Source of the DNA: Malacoraja senta
Taxonomy: Eukaryota
Assembly (NCBI GenBank): GCA_038087875.1
Contig: JAXLNO010000278.1
Span: 62,001 to 88,666 of the forward strand
DNA: 26,666 bases
Direction: 5' to 3'
Shown: one piece after another, positions 12,463-23,899 of the stretch
Layout of the letters: every line of letters begins with the position of its first letter
Numbering within the stretch: position 1 is the stretch's first letter
The notes under the pieces: model-generated
The model's input: the letters and a program-made list of their open reading frames with translations, nothing else
The model's database searches: none
Told to the model about the DNA's origin: nothing
Translations under genes and position numbers: made by a program

Positions 12463-15420
12463 CAGGGAAGGTCGCCATATTCCCGGCAAAGTCGCCATGA
12501 ATCCGGCAAGGTCGCAATAAATCCGGCAAGGTCGACACAAATGCGTCAAGGTCGACATATATCCGGCAAGGTCGCCATAAATCCGGCAAGGTCGCCATAA
12601 ATCCGGCAAGGTCGCCACATATCCGGCAAGGTCGCCACTAATCCGGCAAAGTCGCCATAAATCCGCAAGGTCGCCATAAATCCGGCAAAGTCGCCATATT
12701 TCAGGCAAGGTCGCCATAAATCCGGCAAGGTCGCCACAAATTCGGCATGTTTGCCATATATCCGGCAAGGACGCCATATTTCCGGCAAGGTCGCCAGAAA
12801 TCCGGCAAGGTCGCCATATTTCCGGCAAGGTCGCAATAAATCCGGAAAGGTCTCCACAAATCCGGCAAGGTCGCCATATTTCCGACGTGGTCGTCATAAA
12901 TCCGGCAAGGTGGCCACAAATCCGACATGGTAGCCATATTTCCGGCAAGTTCGCCATAAATCCGGCATGGTGGCCACAAATCAGGGAAGGTCGCCATATT
13001 TCCGGCAAAGTCGCCATAAATCCGGCAAGGTCGCAATAAATCCGGCAAGGTCGCCACAAATGCGTCAAGGTCGACAGATATCCGGCAAGGTCGCCATAAA
13101 TCCGGCAAGGTCGCCATAAATCCGGCAAGGTCGCCACCTATCCGGCAAGGTCGCCACTAATCCGGCAAGGTCGCCATAAATCCGCAAGGTCGCCATAAAT
13201 CCGGCAAAGTCGCCATATTTCAGGCAAGGTCGCCATAAATCCGGCAAGGTCGCCACAAATTCGGGAAGGTCGCCATATATCCGGCAAGGACGCCATATTT
13301 CCGGCAAGGTCGCCAGAAATCCGGCAAGGTTGCCATATTTCCGGCAAGGTCGCCATAAATCCGGCAAGGTCTCCTCAAATCCGGCAAGGTCGCCATATTT
13401 CCGACATGGTCGTCATAAATCCGGCAAGGTGGCCACAAATCCGACAAGGTAGCCATATTTCCGGCAAGTTCGCCATAAATCCGGCATGGTGGCCACAAAT
13501 CAGGGAAGGTCGCCATAAATCCGGCAAGGTCGCCACATTTCCGGCATGGACGCCATATATCCGGCAAGGTCGGCACAAATCCGGCAAGGTCGCCACATTC
13601 CTGGCAAAGTCGCCATATTTCCTGCAAGGTCGCCATAAATCCGGCAATGTCGCCATAAATGAGGCACGGTCGCCATATTTTCGGCAAGCTCGCCATAAAT
13701 CCGGCAAGTTCGCCACAAATGCGTCAAGGTCCACATATTGCCGGCAAGGTCGCCATAAATCCGGCAAGGTCGCCACAAATGCGTCAAGGTCGACAGATAT
13801 CCGGCAAGGTCGCCATAAATCCGGCAAGGTCGCCATAAATCCGGCAAGGTCGCCACCTATCCGGCAAGGTCGCCACTAATCCGGCAAGGTCGCCATAAAT
13901 CCGCAAGGTCGCCATAAATCCGGCAAAGTCGCCATATTTCAGGCAAGGTCGCCATAAATCCGGCAAGGTCGCCACAAATTCGGGAAGGTCGCCAAATATC
14001 CGGCAAGGACGCCATATTTCCGGCAAGGTCGCCAGAAATCCGGCAAGGTTGCCATATTTCCGGCAAGGTCGCCATAAATCCGGCAAGGTCTCCTCAAATC
14101 CGGCAAGGTCGCCATATTTCCGACATGGTCGTCATAAATCCGGCAAGGTGGCCACAAATCCGACAAGGTAGCCATATTTCCGGCAAGTTCGCCATAAATC
14201 CGGCATGGTGGCCACAAATCAGGGAAGGTCGCCATAAATCCGGCAAGGTCGCCACATTTCCGGCATGGACGCCATATATCCGGCAAGGTCGGCACAAATC
14301 CGGCAAGGTCGCCACATTCCTGGCAAGGTCGCCATATTTCCTGCAAGGTCGCCATAAATCCGGCAATGTCGCCACAAATGAGGCACGGTCGCCATATTTT
14401 CGGCAAGCTCGCCATAAATCCGGCAAGTTCGCCACAAATGCGTCAAGGTCCACATATTGCCGGCAAGGTCGCCATAAATCCGGCAAGGTCCCCACAAATT
14501 CGGCAAGGTCGCCATATATCCGGCAAGGACGCCATATATCCGGCAAGGTCGCCACAAATCCGGCAAGGTTGCCATATTTCCGGCAAGGTCGCCACAAATC
14601 CGGCAAGGTCTCCACAAATCCGGCAAGGTCGCCATATTTCCGACATGGTCGTCATAAATCCGGCATGGTGGCCACAAATCCGACAAGGTAGCCATATTTA
14701 TGGCAAGTTCGCCATAAATCCGGCATGGTGGCCACAAATCAGGGAAGGTCGCCACAAATCCAGCAAGGTCGCCTCATTTCCGGCATGGACGCCATAAATC
14801 CGGCAAGGTTCGGCACAAATCCGGCAAGGTCGCCACATTCCCGGCAAGGTCGCCATATTTCCTGCAAGGTCGCCATAAATCCGGCAATGTCGCCACAAAT
14901 GAGGCAAGGTCGCCATATTTCCGGCAAGCTCGCCATAAATCCGGCAAGGTCGCCACAAATGCGTCAAGGTCGACATATTTCCGGCAAGGTCGCCATAAAT
15001 CTGGCAATGTCGCCACAAATCCGGCAAGGTAGCCATAAATCCGGCAAGGTCGCCATAAATCCGGCAAAGTCGCCATATTTCAGGCAAGGTCGCCATAAAT
15101 CCGGCAAGGTCTCCACAGATCCGGCAAGGTCGCCATGTTTCCGACATGGTCGTCATAAATCCGGCAAAGTCGCCATATGTCACGCAAGGTCGCCATAAAT
15201 CCGGCAAGGTCGCCACAAATTCGGCAAGGTCGCCATATATCCGACAAGGACGCCTTATATCCGGCAAGGTCGCCACAAATCCGGCAAGGTTGTCATATTT
15301 CCGGCAAGGTCGCCATAAATCCGGCAAGGTCGCCACAAATTCGGCAAGGTCGCCATATTTCCGGCAAGGTCGCCATAAATCCGGCAAGGTCGCCATAAAT
15401 CCGGCAAAGTCGCCATATTT
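12463..15420. repeat. HOR copy 5 (partial), containing a 719-bp internal duplication; departs from the HOR order at about 15,420
   Basis: Markers at 12463, 12982, 13501, 14220 and 14740. ORF offset is 719 (13065/13784, 13138/13857, 13220/13939). The right boundary is approximate. Confidence 0.8.
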
Positions 15421-18030
15421 CAGGCAAGGTCGACATAAATCCGGCAAGGTCGCCACATTCCCGGCAAGGTCGCCATATTTCCTGCAAGGTCGCCATAAAT
15501 CCGGCAATGTCGCCACAAATGAGGCAAGATCGCCATATTTCCGGCAAGCTCGCTATAAATCCGGCAAGGTCGCCACAAATGCGTCAAGGTCGACATATTT
15601 CCGGCAAGGTCGCCATAAATCCAGCAAGGTCGCCACAAATCCGGAAAGGTCGCCATAAATCCGGCAAGGTCGCCATAAATCCGGCAAGGTCGCCACAAAT
15701 CCGGCAAGGTCGCCACTAATCCGGCAAGGTCGCCATAAATCCGGCAAGGTCGCCATAAATCCGGCAAAGTCGCCATATTTCAGGCAAGGTCGCCATAAAT
15801 CCGGCAAGGTCGCCACAAATTCGGGAAGGTCGCCATATATCCGACAAGGACGCCATATATTCGGCAAGGTCGCCACAAATCCGGCAAGGTTGCCATATTT
15901 CCGGCAAGGTGGCCATAAATCCGGCAAGGTCTCCACAAATCCGGCAAGGTCGCCATATTTCCGACATGGTCCTCATAAATCCGGCAAGGTGGCCACAAAT
16001 CCGACATGGTAGCCATATTTCCGGCAAGTTCGCCATAAATCCGGCATGGTGGCCACAAATCAGGGAAGGTCGCCATATTTCCGGCAATGTCGCCATAAAT
16101 CCGGCAAGGTGGCCACAAATCCGACAAGGTAGCCATATTTCCGGCAAGTTCGTCATAAATCCGGCATGGTGGCCACAAATCAGGGAAGGTCGCCATAAAT
16201 CCGGCAAGGTCGCCACATTTCCGGCATGTACGCCATAAATCCGGCAAGGTCGGCACAAATCCGGCAAGGTCGCCACATTCCTGGCAAGGTCGCCATATTT
16301 CCTGCAAGGTCGCCATAAATCCGGCAATGTCGCCACAAATGAGGCAAGGTCGCCATATTTCCGGCAAGCTCGCCATAAATCCGGCAAGGTCGCCACAAAT
16401 GCGTCAAGGTCGACATATTGCCGGCAAGGTCGCCATAAATCCGGCAAGGTCCACACAAATTCGGCAAGGTCGCCATATATCCGGCAAGGACGCCAGTTAT
16501 CCGGCAAGGTCGCCACAAATCCGGCAAGGTAGCCATAAATCCGGCAAGGTCGCCATAAATCCGGCAAAGTCGCCATATTTCAGGCAAGGTCGCCATAAAT
16601 CCGGCAAGGTCTCCACAGATCCGGCAAGGTCGCCATGTTTCCGACATGGTCGTCATAAATCCGGCAAAGTCGCCATATTTCACGCAAGGTCGCCATAAAT
16701 CCGGCAAGGTCGCCACAAATTCGGCAAGGTCGCCATATATCCGACAAGGACGCCTTATATCCGGCAAGGTCGCCACAAATCCGGCAAGGTTGTCATATTT
16801 CCGGCAAGGTCGCCATAAATCCGGCAAGGTCGCCACAAATTCGGCAAGGTCGCCATATTTCCGGCAAGGTCGCCATAAATCCGGCAAGGTCGCCATAAAT
16901 CCGGCAAAGTCGCCATATTTCAGGCAAGGTCGACATAAATCCGGCAAGGTCGCCACATTCCCGGCAAGGTCGCCATATTTCCTGCAAGGTCGCCATAAAT
17001 CCGGCAATGTCGCCACAAATGAGGCAAGATCGCCATATTTCCGGCAAGCTCGCTATAAATCCGGCAAGGTCGCCACAAATGCGTCAAGGTCGACATATTT
17101 CCGGCAAGGTCGCCATAAATCCAGCAAGGTCGCCACAAATCCGGAAAGGTCGCCATAAATCCGGCAAGGTGGCCATAAATCCGGCAAGGTCGCCACAAAT
17201 CCGGCAAGGTCGCCACTAATCCGGCAAGGTCGCCATAAATCCGGCAAGGTCGCCATAAATCCGGCAAAGTCGCCATATTTCAGGCAAGGTCGCCATAAAT
17301 CCGGCAAGGTCGCCACAAATTCGGGAAGGTCGCCATATATCCGACAAGGACGCCATATATTCGGCAAGGTCGCCACAAATCCGGCAAGGTTGCCATATTT
17401 CCGGCAAGGTGGCCATAAATCCGGCAAGGTCTCCACAAATCCGGCAATGTCGCCATATTTCCGACAAGGTCCTCATAAATCCGGCAAGGTGGCCACAAAT
17501 CCGACATGGTAGCCATATTTCCGGCAAGTTCGCCATAAATCCGGCATGGTGGCCACAAATCAGGGAAGGTCGCCATATTTCCGGCAATGTCGCCATAAAT
17601 CCGGCAAGGTGGCCACAAATCCGACAAGGTAGCCATATTTCCGGCAAGTTCGACATAAATCCGGTATGGTGGCCACAAATCAGGGAAGGTCGCCATAAAT
17701 CCGGCAAAGTCGCCACATTTCCGGCATGGACGCCATAAATCCGGCAAGGTCGGCACAAATCCGGCAAGGTCGCCACATTCCTGGCAAGGTCGCCATATTT
17801 CCTGCAAGGTCGCCATAAATCCGGCAATGTCGCCACAAATGAGGCAAGGTCGCCATATTTCCGGGAAGCTCGCCATAAATCCGGCAAGGTCGCCACAAAT
17901 GCGTCAAGGTCGACATATTGCCGGCAAGGTCGCCATAAATCCGGCAAGGTCCACACAAATTCGGCAAGGTCGCCATATATCCGGCAAGGACGCCATTTAT
18001 CCGGCAAGGTCGCCACAAATCCGGCAAGGT
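15011..18030. repeat. Tandem duplication of a 1500-bp (75-monomer) block
   Basis: Lines 15061-16500 match lines 16561-18000 almost base for base. ORF starts are offset by exactly 1500 (15146/16646, 15293/16793, 15553/17053, 16327/17827). Confidence 0.92.
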
Positions 18031-20849
18031 TGCCATATTTCCGGCAAGGTCGCCACAAATCCGGCAAGGTCTCCACAAATCCGGCAAGGTCGCCATATTT
18101 CCGACATGGTCGTCATAAATCCGGCATGGTGGCCACAAATCCGACAAGGTAGCCATAGTTATGGCAAGTTCGCCATAAATCCGGCATGGTGGCCACAAAT
18201 CAGGGAAGGTCGCCATAAATCCGGCAAAGTCGCCATATTTCAGGCAAGGTCGACATAAATCCGGCAAGGTCGCCACATTCCCGGCAAGGTCGCCATATTT
18301 CCTGCAAGGTCGCCATAAATCCGGCAATGTCGCCACAAATGAGGCAAGATCGCCATATTTCCGGCAAGCTCGCCACAAATCCAGAAAGGTCGCCATAAAT
18401 CCGGCAAGGTCGCCATAAATCCGGCAAGGTCGCCACAAATCCGGCAAGGTCGCCACTAATCCGGCAAGGTCGCCATAAATCCGGCAAGGTCGCCATAAAT
18501 CCGGCAAAGTCGCCATATTTCAGGCAAGGTCGCCATAAATCCGGCAAGGTCGCCACAAATTCGGGAAGGTCGCCATATATCCGACAAGGACGCCATATAT
18601 TCGGCAAGGTCGTCACAAATCCGGCAAGGTTGCCATATTTCCGGCAAGGTGGCCATAAATCCGGCAAGGTCTCCACAAATCCGGCAAGGTCGCCATATTT
18701 CCGACATGGTCCTCATAAATCCGGCAAGGTGGTCACAAATCCGACATGGTAGCCATATTTCCGGCAAGCGCCATAAATCCGGCATGGTGGCCACAAATCA
18801 GGGAAGGTCGCCATATTTCCGGCAAAGTCGCCATAAATCCGGCAAGGTCGCCATAAATCCGGCAAAATCGCCATATTTCTGGCAAGGTCGCCATAAATCC
18901 GGCAAGGTCGCCACAAATTCGGCAAGGTCGCCATATTTCCGGCAAGGTCGCCATAAATCCGGCAAGGTCTCCACAAATCCGGCAAGGTCGCCATATTTCC
19001 GACAAGGTCCTCATAAATCCGGCAAGGTGGCCACAAATCCGACATGGTAGCCATATTTCCGGCAAGTTCGCCATAAATCCGGCATGGTGGCCACAAATCA
19101 GGGAAGGTCGCCATATTTCCGGCAATGTCGCCATAAATCCGGCAAGGTGGCCACAAATCCGACAAGGTAGCCATATTTCCGGCAAGTTCGTCATAAATCC
19201 GGCATGGTGGCCACAAATCAGGGAAGGTCGCCATAAAATCCGGCAAAGTCGCCACATTTCCGGCATGGACGCCATAAATCCGGCAAGGTCGGCACAAATC
19301 CGGCAAGGTCGCCACATTCCTGGCAAGGTCGCCATATTTCCTGCAAGGTCGCCATAAATCCGGCAATGTCGCCACAAATGAGGCAAGGTCGCCATATTTC
19401 CGGGAAGCTCGCCATAAATCCGGCAAGGTCCGCCACAAATGCGTCAAGGTCGACATATTGCCGGCAAGGTCGCCATAAATCCGGCAAGGTCCACACAAAT
19501 TCGGCAAGGTCGCCATATATCCGGCAAGGACGCCATTTATCCGGCAAGGTCGCCACAAATCCGGCAAGGTTGCCATATTTCCGGCAAGGTCGCCACAAAT
19601 CCGGCAAGGTCTCCACAAATCCGGCAAGGTCGCCATATTTCCGACATGGTCGTCATAAATCCGGCATGGTGGCCACAAATCCGACAAGGTAGCCATAGTT
19701 ATGGCAAGTTCGCCATAAATCCGGCATGGTGGCCACAAATCAGGGAAGGTCGCCACAAATCCGGCAAGGTCGCCACATTTCCGGCATGGACGCCATAAAT
19801 CCGGCAAGGTTCGGCACAAATCCGGCAAGGTCGCCACATTCCCGGCAAGGTCGCCATATTTCCTGCAAGGTCGCCATAAATCCGGCAATGTCGCCACAAA
19901 TGAGGCAAGGTCGCCATATTTCCGGCAAGCTCGCCATAAATCCGGCAAGGTCGCCACAAATGCGTCAAGGTCGACATATTTCCGGCAAGGTCGCCATAAA
20001 TCTGGCAATGTCGCCACAAATCCGGCAAGGTAGCCATAAATCCGGCAAGGTCGCCATAAATCCGGCAAAGTCGCCATATTTCAGGCAAGGTCGCCATAAA
20101 ATCCGGCAAGGTCTCCACAGATCCGGCAAGGTCGCCATGTTTCCGACATGGTCGTCATAAATCCGTCAAAGTCGCCATATTTCACGCAAGGTCGCCATAA
20201 ATCCGGCAAGGTCGCCACAAATTCGGCAAGGTCGCCATATATCCGACAAGGACGCCTTATATCCGGCAAGGTCGCCACAAATCCGGCAAGGTTGTCATAT
20301 ATCCGGCAAGGTCGCCATAAATCCGGCAAGGTCGCCACAAATTCGGCAAGGTCGCCATATTTCCGGCAAGGTCGCCATAAATCCGGCAAGGTCGCCATAA
20401 ATCCGGCAAAGTCGCCATATTTCAGGCAAGGTCGACATAAATCCGGCAAGGTCGCCACATTCCCGGCAAGGTCGCCATATTTCCTGCAAGGTCGCCATAA
20501 ATCCGGCAATGTCGCCACAAATGAGGCAAGATCGCCATATTTCCGGCAAGCTCGCCACAAATCCAGAAGGTCGCCATAAATCCGGCAACGTCGCCATAAA
20601 TCCGCAAGGTCGCCACAAATCCGGCAAGGTCGCCACTAATCCGGCAAGGTCGCCATAAATCCGGCAAGGTCGCCATAAATCCGGCAAAGGTCGCCATATT
20701 TCAGGCAAGGTCGCAATAAATCCGGCAAGGTCGCCACAAATTCGGGAAGGTCGCCATATATCCGACAAGGACGCCATATATTCGGCAAGGTCGTCACAAA
20801 TCCGGCAAGGTTGCCATATTTCCGGCAAGGTGGCCATAAATCCGGCAAG

Positions 20850-22275
20850 GTCTCCACAAATCCGGCAAGGTCGCCATATTTCCGACATGGTCCTCATAAA
20901 TCCGGCAAGGTGGCCACAAATCCGACATGGTAGCCATATTTCCGGCAAGCGCCATAAATCCGGCATGGTGGCCACAAATCAGGGAAGGTCGCCATATTTC
21001 CGGCAAAGTCGCCATAAATCCGGCAAGGTCGCCATAAATCCGGCAAAATCGCCATATTTCTGGCAAGGTCGCCATAAATCCGGCAAGGTCGCCACAAATT
21101 CGGCAAGGTCGCCATATTTCCGGCAAGGTCGCCATAAATCCGGCAAGGTCGCCATAAATCCGGCAAAGTCCGCCATATTTCAGGCAAGGTCGACATAAAT
21201 CCGGCAAGGTCGCCACAAATTCGGCAAGGTCGCCATATTTCCGGCAAGGTCGCCATAAATCCGGCAAGGTGGCCATAAATCCGGCAAAGTCGCCATATTC
21301 AGGCAAGGTCGACATAAATCCAGCAAGGTCGCCACAAATTCGGCAAGTCGCCATATTTCCGACATGGTAGCCATAAATCCGGCAATGTCGCCACAAATGA
21401 GGCAAGGTCGCCATATTTCCGGCAAGCTCGCCATAAATCCGGCAAGGTCGCCACAAATGCGTCAAGGTCGACATATTTCCGGGAAGGTCACCATAAATCC
21501 GGCAAGGTCGCCACAAGTCCGGCAAGGTCGCCATAAATCCGGCAAGGTCGCCATAAATCCGGCAAAGTCGCCATATTTCAGGCAAGGTCGCCATAAATCC
21601 GTCAAGGTTGCCATATTTCCGGCAAGGTCGCCATAAATCCGGCAAGGTCTCCACAAATCCGGCAAGCTCGCAATATTTCCGACATGGTCCTCATAAATCC
21701 GGCAAGGTGGCCACAAATCCGACATGGTAGCCATATTTCCGGCAAGCGCCATAACTCCGGCATGGTGGCCACAAATCAGGAAGGTCGCCATATTCCGGCA
21801 AAGTCGCCATAAATCCGGCAAGGTCGCCATAAATCCGGCAAAATCGCCATATTTCAGGCAAGGTCGCCATAAATCCGGCAAGGTCGCCACAAATTCGGCA
21901 AGGTCGCCATATTTCCGGCAAGGTCGCCATAAATCCGGCAAGGTCGCCATAAATCCGGCAAAGTCGCCATATTTCAGGCAAGGTCGACATAAATCCGGCA
22001 AGGTCGCCACAAATTCGGCAAGGTCGCCATATTTCCGGCAAGGTCGCCATAAATCCGGCAAGGTGGCCATAAATCCGGCAAAGTCGCCATATTCAGGCAA
22101 GATCGACATAAATCCGGCAAGGTCGCCACAAATTCGGCAAGTCGCCATATTTCCGACATGGTAGCCATAAATCCGGGAATGTCGCCACAAATGAGGCAAG
22201 GTCGCCATATTTCCGGCAAGCTCGCCATAAATCCGGCAAGGTCGCCACAAATGCATCAAGGTCGACATATTTCCG
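20850..22275. repeat. Local ~795-bp duplication in the diverged part of the array
   Basis: Shared rare variants: GGCAAGCGCC at 20944 and 21741, CATATTCAGG at ~21294 and ~22088, GGCAAGTCGCC at ~21342 and ~22136. ORF offsets are 794-797 (20894/21691, 21180/21974). Confidence 0.75.
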
Positions 22276-23899
22276 GCAAGGTCGCCATAAATCCGGCAAG
22301 GTCGCCATAAATCCGGCAAAGTCGCCATATTTCCGGCAAGGTCGCCATAAATCCGGCAAGATCTCCACAAATCCGGCACCTTCGCCCTATTTCCGACATG
22401 GTCGTCATAAATCCGGCAAGGTGGCCACAAATCCGACAAGGTAGCCATATTCCCTACAAGTTCGCCATAATTCCCGGCATGGTGGCCACAAATCAGGGAA
22501 GGTCGCCATATTTCCGGCAAGGTCGCCATAAATCCGTCTAGGTTGCCATATTTCCCGGCAAGGTCGCCATAAATCCGGCAAGGTCTCCACAAATCCGGCA
22601 AACTCGCAATATTTCCGACATGGTCGTCATAAATCCGGCAAGGTGACCACAAATCCGACAAGGTAGCCCATATTTCCGGCAAGTTCGCCATAAATCCGGC
22701 ATGGTGGCCACAAATCAGCGAAGGTCGCCATATTTCCGGCAAACTCGCCATAAATCCGGGAAGGTGGCCATAAATCCGGCAAAGTCGCCATATTTCAGGC
22801 AAGGTCGCCATATATCTGGCAAGGTCGCCACAAATTCGGCAAGGTCGCCATATTTCCGGCAAGGTCGCCATAAATCCGGCAAGGTCGCCATAAATCCGGC
22901 AAAGTCGATATATTTCAGGCAAGGTCGCCGTAAATCCGGCAAGGTCGCCACAAATTCAGCATGGTCGCCATATTTCCGGCAAGGTCGCCATAAATCCGGC
23001 AAATCTCCACAAATCCGGCACCTTCGCCATATTTCCGACATGGTCGTCATAAATCCGGCAAGGTGGCCACAAATCCGACAAGGTAGCCATATTCCCGACA
23101 AGTTCGCCATAATTCCGGCATGGTGGCCAAAAATCAGGGATGGTCGCCATATTTCCGGCAAGGTCGCCATAAATCCGGCAAGGACGCCATATTTCCGGCA
23201 CGCTCGCCATAAATCCGGCAAGGTCGCCACAAATCCGGCAAGGTCGCCATATTTCAGGCAAGGTCGCCATAAATCCCGCAAGGTCGCCACAAATCCGGCA
23301 AGGTCGCCATATTTCCGGCAAAGTCGCCATAAATCCGGCAAGGTCGCAGCAAACCGGCAAGGTCGCCATATTTCCGGCAAGGTCGCCATAAACCCGACAA
23401 GGTCGCCACAAATCCGGCAAGTTCTCCATGTTTCCGGCAAGGTCGCCATAAACCCGGCAAGGTCGCCATAAATCCGGCAGTCGCCATATTTCCGGCAAGG
23501 TCGCCACAAATCCGGCAAGGTCGCCACAAATCCGGCAAGGTCGCCATATTTACGGCAAGGACGCCATAAATGCGGCACCTTCGCCATATTTCCGACAAGT
23601 TCGCCATAAATCCGGCATGGTGGCCACAAATCAGGGAAGTTCGACATATTTCCGGCAAGGTCGCCATAAATCCGGCAACGTCGCCATATTTCCGGCAATA
23701 TCGCCATAAATCCGGCAAGGTCGCCACAAATCCCGGCAAGGTCGCCATAAATCCGGCAAGGTCGCCATATTTCCGGCAATATCGACATAAATCCGGCAAG
23801 GTCGCCACAAATCCGGCAAGTTCTCCATATTTCCGGCAAGGTCGCCATAAATCCGGCAACGTCGCCATAAATCCGGCAGTCGCCATATTTCCGGCAAGG

